Below are positions 21,605-30,041 of a DNA stretch of 32,000 nt, piece after piece. Each line of letters starts with the position of its first letter. Within the stretch, counting starts at the first letter, position 1. This DNA is from Candidatus Saccharimonadota bacterium (GTDB taxonomy: Bacteria; Patescibacteriota; Microgenomatia; UBA1406; GWC2-37-13). The DNA lies in assembly GCA_016700135.1 (NCBI GenBank), contig CP065004.1, positions 300,001 through 332,000 on the forward strand, in the 5' to 3' direction. The notes beneath the pieces were generated by a model. It ran no database searches. It saw only the letters and a program-made list of their open reading frames with translations, and was not told the origin of the DNA. The position numbers were made by a program, and so were the translations under genes.

Positions 21605-24184
21605 TTACCTACTCCAGAGGTTGGGGAATTGTTCTCCATAAAGGGCTGTAGCAAACCAGACAATGTTTTGAGTGTAATAGTTTTCCGGATCTTCCCAATA
21701 CGAATGTTTCTTATTTTCGTACAACTTGCTGAGTATCTTTTCCGAATATATTTTTTCCGCTGTCTTCGGATCTTCGGCAAGAAAGTATCCGAGATTGCCT
21801 GCGTATGCGACTGCAGATTCATACTGATCCCATGGTTGTCCATCATGGGTGTATGAGACATACAGTTTACCGTTTCTGTTCCATTCTTCTCCCAAAAAGG
21901 CAAGTGATGAAAGGTACTCTTTTGCCTCAGGTCTGCCGAACCATTGATAGTCGAGTGCCACTCTCATCGGTACCCGGATGGCATTGTACCCGTATTCTAT
22001 TCCCTCAGGACCCGGTTTCTCGGACGGACGCACTTCACGCGATGACCGGTCAAGAACGCACCATTCAGGCGGCAACACTTCTCTGCCTCCTGATAGTCCG
22101 AAACTGCACCGCTGCAAAAGGTCATAAGATGTATCAACTAAGGATCCCCAGTCATGGCTTTTATCAATTTGGGCAAATATTTCGTAATGAGACGGAGAAA
22201 GATATGAAGGATTAATAGTGGCAAACTGTGATCCTGACGCCCAATTCCCGGCAGTCATGTAGGGATCATCCCCGATAACTACTACCTCATGGTCCCAAAT
22301 ACCGTTTAGTACTTTCTCAGACTCGCTCAGATATGCCGGATCGTCCCACTGTTTATACGCAAATGCTAATGCCAGTGCAATATCAGCATCTGCATCAGAA
22401 GCTGTTCCTTTGTCATCTCCTTTCCTTTTAAAACTCCAGAGAAACAGATTTTCATCGGTTTGAAGCTGTCCTTTTGTCCATGAGTAGACCTGATCAAACG
22501 TTTTCTTATCATCCATAAGAACGGCCCGAAGAAGAGCATAGGATTGTCCTTCCGACGTTGTGTCCTTTGTCGCGGGATCAATCACACGACCTCCATGGAT
22601 AAACTCATCCTTGTATGATGCCCATGTCGCCTGCAGTATCCGTTGGGGATATTCCGTACCCCAGATCTCGACACCCCATCCGTCACGCGAGAAAGTCGCA
22701 ATCGGCCGGGAATTGGCAAGAGCTTCTCCGACAAACGGGAACACTCCGGTATTGACATCATTCAAAAGCTGCGGAGATATGAGAAAATAATCAATATTTC
22801 CGGGATTTCCTTTCAGAATATCCTGCTGGATTTCAGGGTCATACTCAACCTTCCAGTAATGGTGAGCTTCCGCAAAATTTCCGTTATTTTTTTCCATCAA
22901 ATCTACAAATCCGTAATTATCCATCGTGTAAAAAGCATCCCGGTACTGTTTCGAGAGCATATACTCAATTGCTTCCATCTGCGGTTCCGTCTGATCGGAA
23001 AGATATAGCTTGTGACCGTCCCTCATGCTGAAGCTCAATATTACAAACACAATGGGCAAAACAATCATGAATGCCGCATTCGGAATCCATTTTATAGACT
23101 CTTTGGCTTTCACATTGCGGTAGAGCTCTTCTCCGAGATAGTATCCGGCATAGGCAATATTCATTGCAAAGAATGGGAAAAGCGGAATAATATAAAACTC
23201 AATGACGATACCGCCGCGGACCAGATAACCGATAAGCGATAACGTGAGTAATGAGAGAATTCGTGCAGCTTTTTGTCTGATCCCGATGATCAGATTCACG
23301 AGCGTAGTCCCAAATCCGAGCAGTATGATAACCGGATCTTCTCTCATCCAGATTCCGAAGTTGTGCCAGAAGGTACTTCCTGAAATATCGAATATACTTC
23401 CCCCATCCCGTTCCGCCTGAAAAATGAGAGTTTCAATAAGACTGACATGATTTGCTGATCCGAACATTCCTTCCGGGAACAATTCCCCTTTCAGCAGTGC
23501 ATACAAAAAATAGAGAGAAACAACCAGTCCGACATAGCTGATCCATTTGATGACGGCAAATAAGCGATGATGCTTATGCACCTGAAGATACACAATGTAC
23601 ACAAACACGGGAAGCATAAATACGGATGTTTCTTTTGAAAGAAATGAAAACCCGAATGCTATGGCACTGAACATAATATTACGAAGCTTATTGTTGTAGT
23701 AAAGTAAAAAAGCAAGAGAAACAAGTACCCAGAATACCATGATATTATCGAGGAGAATTCTCCGCTGGAAATATATTGCAAGTGGAGAAAATGAGAATAT
23801 GATGACACTCAAAGCGCTTGCTAAACGACTTCCTGACAACTTTTTCATTATGAAGTACACCAGGATGCTCGATGCCATATGCATAAGCAGCATAAAAACC
23901 CGGCCGAAATTTACGGAAAATCCGAAACTGAAAAAGTCAGGGATAATGGCATACCAACCTGCAAGCATCATCCAACCGAGAGGCGCATGATCATACCAGT
24001 AAGTGTAAGCATCCATTTGTCCCAGGTTTATCAGCGACCAGGCCCTTCCTAAATAGATTGCTTCATCATTTTCGTAGTATGGAAAATGAAACATATTGAC
24101 GGCATGAGCTATCGCCCCTATGAGGACAACAAGAAGTACCAGTCTACTCTCCCTCCGGTTGAAAAATGATATGATACGACGCAT
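21605..24184 (-). CDS. fusion of a GT-C (PMT_2/GT39/ArnT-like) polyprenyl-phosphate-sugar-dependent glycosyltransferase with a C-terminal GH8 glycoside hydrolase
   Basis: The N-terminal ~420 aa are polytopic, with the loop-1 acidic motif YYENDEAIY typical of PMT_2 enzymes. In the C-terminal ~340 aa, TSEGQSYALL is the GH8 catalytic-Glu region. ASDADADIALALAFAYKQW matches the PROSITE GH8 signature with one mismatch. Confidence 0.8.
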   Translation of the reverse strand: MRRIISFFNRRESRLVLLVVLIGAIAHAVNMFHFPYYENDEAIYLGRAWSLINLGQMDAYTYWYDHAPLGWMMLAGWYAIIPDFFSFGFSVNFGRVFMLLMHMASSILVYFIMKKLSGSRLASALSVIIFSFSPLAIYFQRRILLDNIMVFWVLVSLAFLLYYNNKLRNIMFSAIAFGFSFLSKETSVFMLPVFVYIVYLQVHKHHRLFAVIKWISYVGLVVSLYFLYALLKGELFPEGMFGSANHVSLIETLIFQAERDGGSIFDISGSTFWHNFGIWMREDPVIILLGFGTTLVNLIIGIRQKAARILSLLTLSLIGYLVRGGIVIEFYIIPLFPFFAMNIAYAGYYLGEELYRNVKAKESIKWIPNAAFMIVLPIVFVILSFSMRDGHKLYLSDQTEPQMEAIEYMLSKQYRDAFYTMDNYGFVDLMEKNNGNFAEAHHYWKVEYDPEIQQDILKGNPGNIDYFLISPQLLNDVNTGVFPFVGEALANSRPIATFSRDGWGVEIWGTEYPQRILQATWASYKDEFIHGGRVIDPATKDTTSEGQSYALLRAVLMDDKKTFDQVYSWTKGQLQTDENLFLWSFKRKGDDKGTASDADADIALALAFAYKQWDDPAYLSESEKVLNGIWDHEVVVIGDDPYMTAGNWASGSQFATINPSYLSPSHYEIFAQIDKSHDWGSLVDTSYDLLQRCSFGLSGGREVLPPEWCVLDRSSREVRPSEKPGPEGIEYGYNAIRVPMRVALDYQWFGRPEAKEYLSSLAFLGEEWNRNGKLYVSYTHDGQPWDQYESAVAYAGNLGYFLAEDPKTAEKIYSEKILSKLYENKKHSYWEDPENYYTQNIVWFATALYGEQFPNLWSR

Positions 24185-24187
24185 AGG

Positions 24188-26287
24188 TTACTGAAAAAGA
24201 TATTTTCGTACGGGTTCAGGTTTACGGTGAACGTTGAGATGCTGTGTTTTTTCCCAGGAAGAGGATCCCCTTCTGTGCCTGTAAAGTGCCCGTATAGCAC
24301 TAATACTGAGAAGTATTTGATACGGTAAGAAAAAGAGTAACAATTTGAACGACGAAAAAATCGGATACCGAAGGCTGTATTTCCTGGTAAATTCAAACAA
24401 TCCGATATTGAGTACAACAAGCTGTGAGATAAGTGTTAGGAGCGGTATGAATGTATAAACCGCAACATACACATCCAGTTTATAGGCAATTGCCGTATAG
24501 ACCATGAAGGGAATAATCAGTATCGTCACGCTCTGAATAAACGGAATGAGAAGGACATAGGATGCCAGCAGTTTTTTTCTTCCCCCTCCGAGATACAGCC
24601 ATTCACCTTTCAGAAAGATCTGCAGAAAGCCCTGAATCCATCTCGTCCGCTGTCTGATAAAATCCCGGACAGTATGAGGAGTTTCCTCCCGAGTCGCCAG
24701 TTTTTCATCATAGACTACCTGGAATTTGGCTCCTGCGGCACTCAGCCGAATACCGATATCAGCGTCTTCCGTGAGGCACTGTTCATCCCATCCGCCTACT
24801 TCATCAAGTATTTTTTTACGGAAAAATACCGTATTGCCACCCAAAGGGACAAGACCGTTATTTGCAAAAAAGTGAAGAGTAGATTTAAACCAGAAAAAAT
24901 ATTCAAGCACATTGAACGTCGCAAACCAGTGAGTGTCAAAATTCATCAACTGTACTCCCGATTGAACAACATCAATTTTCGGATCTTTCTGTACGACGGT
25001 ATTGACCACTTTATAGATATCCTTATTGGGCTGATCTTCTGCATCGAAAATGACAACAACATCATTTTTCACATACGGTAGTGCGATGTTGAGTGCGTGT
25101 GGCTTGTTTATAGGTCCGTCCATAAATGTCACAAGCCGAATCTTATCGTTCTGCAGCTTGTTTATGACATGATGTACTTTTTCGATAGTACCGATGTCAT
25201 CATACCGGCAGACAATAATAAGTTGTTTTTTTGTATCGTCATAATCAATCGCATTAATTGCGCGGATAGTATCGCCAATAACTTCTTTCTCATTCCGAGC
25301 CGGTAAAATGGCAGTGAAAGACAAATCGGAAGGAGCAAAACGGGCGGGAACTTTACTAGTGTGAATCCGATCCACATCTTCCCAGTAGTACAGCATGAGA
25401 TAAATATTGAATATTCCCATCACGAGAACAATAGATGAGAAGCCAAAGAGAACAAGTGAGAGAAACTGAGTAAACGGGAACAGAAAATATAAAAATACTA
25501 TCCCCGTGAGAAATAATCCGATAAATGATAGTATCAGATAGCTCGGCTTAATGAGTGTCAATCTCAGGTTCAGGCAATACAGAATGAATTCAACAATATC
25601 CGAAATCCGAAGTTTTGACGATCCGTATTCACGTTCTTTGAAGTGTATCGGGACCTCAGCTACTTTTGCCTTATGTTTAAAAGCATGGTGCAACAGTCCT
25701 ACTAAAAAGACATATCCCTTCGCTCCGATATACCGCAGCTGAATCTTTTTAAGCAGATTTGCATTGATCGCCCGGTAGGCACTCGTACAGTCATTTACTT
25801 TTCGTAATCCTCCGATATAACGTGCTACCCGATTCCCGACTGCGCTGTTCAGCCTTCTGAGCCACGACCACTCGGTAGGCAGGGATCCTCCTTTAGTATA
25901 TCTTGATCCGATTGCTATATCCTGGCCGTCAATCACCTGCTGCACGAGAAACGGAAGAATGTTCGGGTCATGGGAAAAATCCGCATCCATTCCGACTACA
26001 ATATCCGCATTCAGCTTTTCCAATGCATGTTTATATCCCTTCATGTATGCAATACCGAGCCCTTCCTTTCGGCCGAGAATCAGATGAATATGTTCATTGT
26101 GCTGGGCAAGTCTTCTGACAACCGCACTCGTTCCGTCCGGGGAATTATCATCTACAACAAGGACATCAAGTCCGTGAGAATCAAAACATTTCTTCTGCTC
26201 AAAAATATTACCGATCAGTTTTTCAATGTTATCCCGTTCATTGAAGGTTGGGACTACCACAACAACTTTTTGCTCTTGTTTGTTCAT
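24188..26287 (-). CDS. dual GT2 protein: polyprenol-phosphate mannose/glucose synthase-like domain, TM segment, then a processive beta-glycan synthase-like GT2 domain with C-terminal TM helices
   Basis: Domain 1: VVVVPTFNERDNIEKL, VVDDNSPDGT and MDADFSHDP (DPM1/Ppm1-like). Domain 2: ILPARNE, IFDAEDQP, LTEDADIGIRL (TED) and IRQRTRWIQG (QxxRW). The stop lies 3 nt before the next gene's ATG. Confidence 0.8.
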   Translation of the reverse strand: MNKQEQKVVVVVPTFNERDNIEKLIGNIFEQKKCFDSHGLDVLVVDDNSPDGTSAVVRRLAQHNEHIHLILGRKEGLGIAYMKGYKHALEKLNADIVVGMDADFSHDPNILPFLVQQVIDGQDIAIGSRYTKGGSLPTEWSWLRRLNSAVGNRVARYIGGLRKVNDCTSAYRAINANLLKKIQLRYIGAKGYVFLVGLLHHAFKHKAKVAEVPIHFKEREYGSSKLRISDIVEFILYCLNLRLTLIKPSYLILSFIGLFLTGIVFLYFLFPFTQFLSLVLFGFSSIVLVMGIFNIYLMLYYWEDVDRIHTSKVPARFAPSDLSFTAILPARNEKEVIGDTIRAINAIDYDDTKKQLIIVCRYDDIGTIEKVHHVINKLQNDKIRLVTFMDGPINKPHALNIALPYVKNDVVVIFDAEDQPNKDIYKVVNTVVQKDPKIDVVQSGVQLMNFDTHWFATFNVLEYFFWFKSTLHFFANNGLVPLGGNTVFFRKKILDEVGGWDEQCLTEDADIGIRLSAAGAKFQVVYDEKLATREETPHTVRDFIRQRTRWIQGFLQIFLKGEWLYLGGGRKKLLASYVLLIPFIQSVTILIIPFMVYTAIAYKLDVYVAVYTFIPLLTLISQLVVLNIGLFEFTRKYSLRYPIFSSFKLLLFFLPYQILLSISAIRALYRHRRGSSSWEKTQHLNVHRKPEPVRKYLFQ

Positions 26288-26395
26288 ATAAAAAAAAGAC
26301 GCATATAATCATGCGAAGACTCACTATATATGTACCAAATACGTAATTTGGTAAGAGAAAAGTGAAGATGTGGTAAGGGATATCCGCCAAAAAAT

Positions 26396-26404
26396 TGATA
26401 CAAT
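26396..26404 (+). promoter_or_regulatory. extended -10 (TGaTACAAT) 6 nt before ATG 26411; leaderless-type promoter
   Basis: The sequence reads tTGaTACAATactgtcATG. Confidence 0.55.
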
Positions 26405-26410
26405 ACTGTC

Positions 26411-27076
26411 ATGACAGACGTACGGATAGAATCCTCATGGAAGGAAGCGCTCCGTGAAGAATTCATTCAGGAATACTTCCGGGATTTGTCTTCATTTGTC
26501 CGCGAAGAGTATCTTTCAACAAATGTATATCCGCATCCGAAAAATGTCTTTCGGGCATTTGATCTTTGTCCTTTTGATAAAGTGAAAGTCGTAATTGTCG
26601 GACAGGATCCGTATCACGGAAAAGGTCAGGCAAACGGTCTCAGTTTTGCTGTTGATACATCTGTCCCGATTCCGCCTTCTCTGAAAAACATATTCAAAGA
26701 AATCCGATCCGATCTCGGGATCACTCCGAAAAACTCAGGTGACTTAAGCCGCTGGGCAAAACAGGGGGTGCTTATGCTCAATGCCGTTTTGACCGTAAGA
26801 GCGGGATCGCCGGCGTCACATAAAGGACACGGCTGGGAAGAATTTACCGACGCCGTGATCGCAAAACTGAATGATGAAAAAGAAAACATCGTCTATATGC
26901 TGTGGGGGAAATACGCTCAAGAAAAAGGAGCTTCTATAGATCGTGATCGGAATCTTGTTCTTTCATCAGGTCACCCCTCTCCGTACTCGGCACAGTTATT
27001 TCACGGGAATCATCATTTTTCCCGCTGCAACACATATTTGGCAGAACACGGAAAAGAGCCGATTGACTGGATTTAA
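26411..27076 (+). CDS. ung: uracil-DNA glycosylase, family 1
   Basis: GQDPYHGKGQANGLSF, PPSLKNIF, LMLNAVLTV and GHPSPYSA are the family-1 UDG motifs. Confidence 0.95.
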   Translation: MTDVRIESSWKEALREEFIQEYFRDLSSFVREEYLSTNVYPHPKNVFRAFDLCPFDKVKVVIVGQDPYHGKGQANGLSFAVDTSVPIPPSLKNIFKEIRSDLGITPKNSGDLSRWAKQGVLMLNAVLTVRAGSPASHKGHGWEEFTDAVIAKLNDEKENIVYMLWGKYAQEKGASIDRDRNLVLSSGHPSPYSAQLFHGNHHFSRCNTYLAEHGKEPIDWI

Positions 27077-27175
27077 AAATAGGCCTAGCGGTTATTTTAT
27101 GTAAATCCTTAAAACCGCTTATAAACAAAAAACCGGCTTGAATTTGTTTCATGTTCAAAAAGTTTCATCTTCTTC

Positions 27176-27204
27176 TTGACAAGCTCATTGTTACGCTCTA
27201 TTCT
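27176..27204 (+). promoter_or_regulatory. sigma-70 promoter with the -10 element 6 nt before ATG 27211
   Basis: TTGACA (27176-27181), a 17-nt spacer, TATTCT (27199-27204), then atatgtATG. Confidence 0.55.
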
Positions 27205-27210
27205 ATATGT

Positions 27211-27675
27211 ATGGCAAAATCATCCTTTTCTCAAACCCTGTCCCAACTTGAGGACACATTAGATGAATATTTCGGTAAGAAGGCACCTCAAATGCCCGAC
27301 AATATCAAGGACCTTATCGTGAAATTCGCACCGTATCTCGTCATCCTGGGATTGTTGTTTACCATTCCCGGACTCCTTGCAGTTGTGGGAATCGGAGGAT
27401 TTGCATCAATGATGGCGCCGTTTGGCGGCATAAATGCAATGCGTGCAGTTACCGGTATGTGGCTTGGGATCATCCTGATGATTCCGGTTGTGATCCTTGA
27501 AGCAATGGCACTTCCGGGGCTGTTTGCACAAACAAAGCAGGGATGGACGTATATGTATTGGGCATCGCTCGTTTCAATCGTTGCTAACGTGCTTCAGTTC
27601 AATCTGGTCGGCGCAGTCATCGGAGCACTTATCAGCTTTTACATTCTCTTTCAGATCAAAAATAAATACAAATAA
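27211..27675 (+). CDS. hypothetical membrane protein (154 aa)
   Basis: The ORF from MAKSSFSQTL has three or four predicted TM helices. The ORF-track start at 27151 would lie upstream of the promoter. Confidence 0.6.
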   Translation: MAKSSFSQTLSQLEDTLDEYFGKKAPQMPDNIKDLIVKFAPYLVILGLLFTIPGLLAVVGIGGFASMMAPFGGINAMRAVTGMWLGIILMIPVVILEAMALPGLFAQTKQGWTYMYWASLVSIVANVLQFNLVGAVIGALISFYILFQIKNKYK

Positions 27676-27681
27676 TCCCGG

Positions 27682-28467
27682 TTACGGCATCTCAAGGAAG
27701 TCATAGAACCACGGAAAGTGTGACGGACCGTAATATCCCCTGTCACGTTGCGGTAGCTGTGCCGCAATCTGCAGCATTACGAAATCCCGAGAAGGGATTT
27801 GTGCATTCCGGCTGAAGTCGTTGATTTCCCCTGCACTCATCGGAAATCCGAAAGTAATCGCTGCCTTATGAAATGGATTAACCGTTTTGTACTCGTGTCC
27901 GACAATTTTCTCAGTTCCTTCAAGTGAAATGGGAATGACCAGACTGTCCGGGGACTTCTTCATAAACAAATCTATACCTTTCTGTGCCGGTAAAAGCTGT
28001 GCAGTGGGACTGCGTGTTCCTTCCGGAGAAAGAGCAACGACACTTCCTTGTTCTCCCAAAGCACCCAGAATTGTTTCAATAACTCCGCGATGATTAGCGA
28101 ACTTTTCCTCATCAGAATACTCGGTATCGTAGTGCTGAATAATCGGTAATAGCTCAGCATTGTATTTTTTTGCGACGTAATGCATGAGTTTCGCAGCCGT
28201 ACCTCCCATTCGTCCGTCAAAGAACTTCATCGTAGCAGGTAATACTAACTTCGTAATGGATGATCCTCCCATCCTCCTCATCTCACGCATAACAACCAAT
28301 GGATCAATGATTGACCGATGATTGAATGGCACAATCACAGAGCCTGATCGGAGCTGATCCAGAAAAACGGTCTGACAGTCGTCTCCGTACCGTTCAAGTC
28401 TGATACTGTGATCCACAAATTCGCCGAGCCCTTTTAAATGTAAAGGCACCTCTTCCAGTTCACGCAT
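27682..28467 (-). CDS. lysophospholipid (1-acyl-sn-glycerol-3-phosphate) acyltransferase-like protein
   Basis: It carries the NHRSIIDP (HxxxxD) and SPEGTRS (PEGTR) acyltransferase motifs. Confidence 0.75.
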   Translation of the reverse strand: MRELEEVPLHLKGLGEFVDHSIRLERYGDDCQTVFLDQLRSGSVIVPFNHRSIIDPLVVMREMRRMGGSSITKLVLPATMKFFDGRMGGTAAKLMHYVAKKYNAELLPIIQHYDTEYSDEEKFANHRGVIETILGALGEQGSVVALSPEGTRSPTAQLLPAQKGIDLFMKKSPDSLVIPISLEGTEKIVGHEYKTVNPFHKAAITFGFPMSAGEINDFSRNAQIPSRDFVMLQIAAQLPQRDRGYYGPSHFPWFYDFLEMP

Positions 28468-28474
28468 TGCCGAA

Positions 28475-28483
28475 ATTATATCA
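28475..28483 (-). promoter_or_regulatory. extended -10 (TGaTATAAT) 7 nt before ATG 28467; leaderless-type promoter
   Basis: The reverse strand reads caTGaTATAATttcggcaATG. It lies in the 31-nt gap after the metK stop. Confidence 0.55.
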
Positions 28484-28498
28484 TGTCATTTCTTCCCT

Positions 28499-29785
28499 TT
28501 ACTTTACCGGCTGTTCCCAGCGAAAGTCATGACCGAAATGGCCGTTCTGTGCTGTCCTTGAATAAATCGGATCGAACAGCTGCAGCTGCTCAATAATCCC
28601 AGGAACGGTCAGATCAAGAATCTGAACTGCACGTTCACGAATTTGGTGCGGAGAGCGTTTCTCCGTTCCGAACGTATCAATAGTGACATTGTCCGGCCGT
28701 TCCTGTCCGATGGTATATGACATAAATACCTGTGCTCTGTCAGCAAGTCCTTCTCTTACAAGATTACTGGCTACAAACCGCGCCCCGTATTTTGCGGAAC
28801 GGTCTACTTTGGTCGGATCTTTGCCCGATAAGGCTCCTCCTCCGTGCGGGACTGCCCCTCCGTAAGTATCTACATCCAGTTTTCTTCCGACAACACCGGC
28901 ATCTGCTAGCGGCCCCCAGGCGGAATCCCATCTGCCGGCACCGTTTATGATGACCGGACCTGATCCGTCGAGGAGTGCTTTCTCATTAATATTCAGTCCG
29001 AAATTGTATTGATCAAGAACGGGTACGATAATATTGTTGTAAAGCTGTAAACGAACATCGGAAAGTGAGATTTCTTTTTCATGCGAAGCTGCTAAGGTCA
29101 CGTTTGTTACTTCAACAGGTTGTCCGTTTTCATACCTGAGTCCCACCTGACTTTTCCCGTCAGGTTTGAGCCAAGGTAACGCTCCGTTTTTTCTCGCCTC
29201 AGTCAAAGCATGAGTCAGATTATGAGCAATCTGGATCGGAAGCGGCATCAGGCTTGGATCCTCCACAGTCGCATAACCGAAAAATATTCCCTGATCTCCG
29301 GCACCTTTTGCTTCTCCCACACCGGCTGCAATATCAGCTGATTGCGTCGTTACATTCATAAAAAAGTGATCAAGAGCATGACTAAATCCGGCATCTGGAT
29401 CATCGTATCCGATCTCCTGAATCACCCGCCGTGCTACCTCCTCATATCGCGGTTGTACTTTATGAGGTGCAGTTACCTCACCTGCCAGAACAAGCATACC
29501 TCCGGGGTATTTTCCATCGAGACTACCTTTTGCCAGGCCCTCAATCGCCACCCGTGCCTGATCGGGACGGACAAGCATCCAATCAGGATTTCCCTGCTCC
29601 TGCAACGCAAGTCTCGTGGTATGAGCTTGTGTCAAAATGTCGTCCAGAATGGCATCAGCAACACAGTCCATTACTTTATCAGGATGCCCCTCAGTAACCG
29701 ATTCAGATACCCTGACTCCGTCTCGCCTCAAACCTGTATTTACATACCAGTTGGCAGGAACACTGCCGTGATAGACTTCTGTCAT
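28499..29785 (-). CDS. metK: S-adenosylmethionine synthetase
   Basis: SESVTEGHPDKVMD and GAGDQGIFFGYA match conserved MetK blocks, and the Gly-rich loop region (GGGALSGKDPTKVDRS) is consistent. The protein has 428 aa. Confidence 0.95.
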   Translation of the reverse strand: MTEVYHGSVPANWYVNTGLRRDGVRVSESVTEGHPDKVMDCVADAILDDILTQAHTTRLALQEQGNPDWMLVRPDQARVAIEGLAKGSLDGKYPGGMLVLAGEVTAPHKVQPRYEEVARRVIQEIGYDDPDAGFSHALDHFFMNVTTQSADIAAGVGEAKGAGDQGIFFGYATVEDPSLMPLPIQIAHNLTHALTEARKNGALPWLKPDGKSQVGLRYENGQPVEVTNVTLAASHEKEISLSDVRLQLYNNIIVPVLDQYNFGLNINEKALLDGSGPVIINGAGRWDSAWGPLADAGVVGRKLDVDTYGGAVPHGGGALSGKDPTKVDRSAKYGARFVASNLVREGLADRAQVFMSYTIGQERPDNVTIDTFGTEKRSPHQIRERAVQILDLTVPGIIEQLQLFDPIYSRTAQNGHFGHDFRWEQPVK

Positions 29786-29811
29786 AAAGAAATTTAAAAT
29801 AATAACGGCAT

Positions 29812-29978
29812 AAAAAAAACCTCTCCTGGACAGAGAGGTTCATGATTATTTACCTGCTCTAAGCAAGTCGTATCCTTCCCTGGTCCAGGGTTGGGTGGAG
29901 CACCGTTGTCCGACAATTATCGGACTCGGTTGCTGGATGGATCAGCGAGCCAAATCTCTCCCCATCTCTCTCGATTTA
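29812..29978 (-). promoter_or_regulatory. SAM-I (S-box) riboswitch with intrinsic terminator, controlling metK
   Basis: The reverse strand reads AUCGAGAGAGAUGGGGAGAGAUUUGGCUCGCUGAUCCAUCCAGCAACC...ACGGUGCUCCACCC..CCCUGGACCAGGG. It shows GAGAG, a GGAGAGA kink-turn-like block, GCAACC/GGUGC and a P4 hairpin. The terminator is CCUCUC-N7-GAGAGG followed by U8 (29812-29838). Confidence 0.8.
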
Positions 29979-29996
29979 AACGAAATTTACACAACC

Positions 29997-30024
29997 ATTA
30001 TATATCTCCGCACATTCTTGTCAA
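29997..30024 (-). promoter_or_regulatory. sigma-70 promoter of the metK leader
   Basis: On the reverse strand, TTGACA (30024-30019), a 16-nt spacer, then TATAAT (30002-29997). Confidence 0.65.
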
Positions 30025-30041
30025 TATCAAAGAAAGAGATC

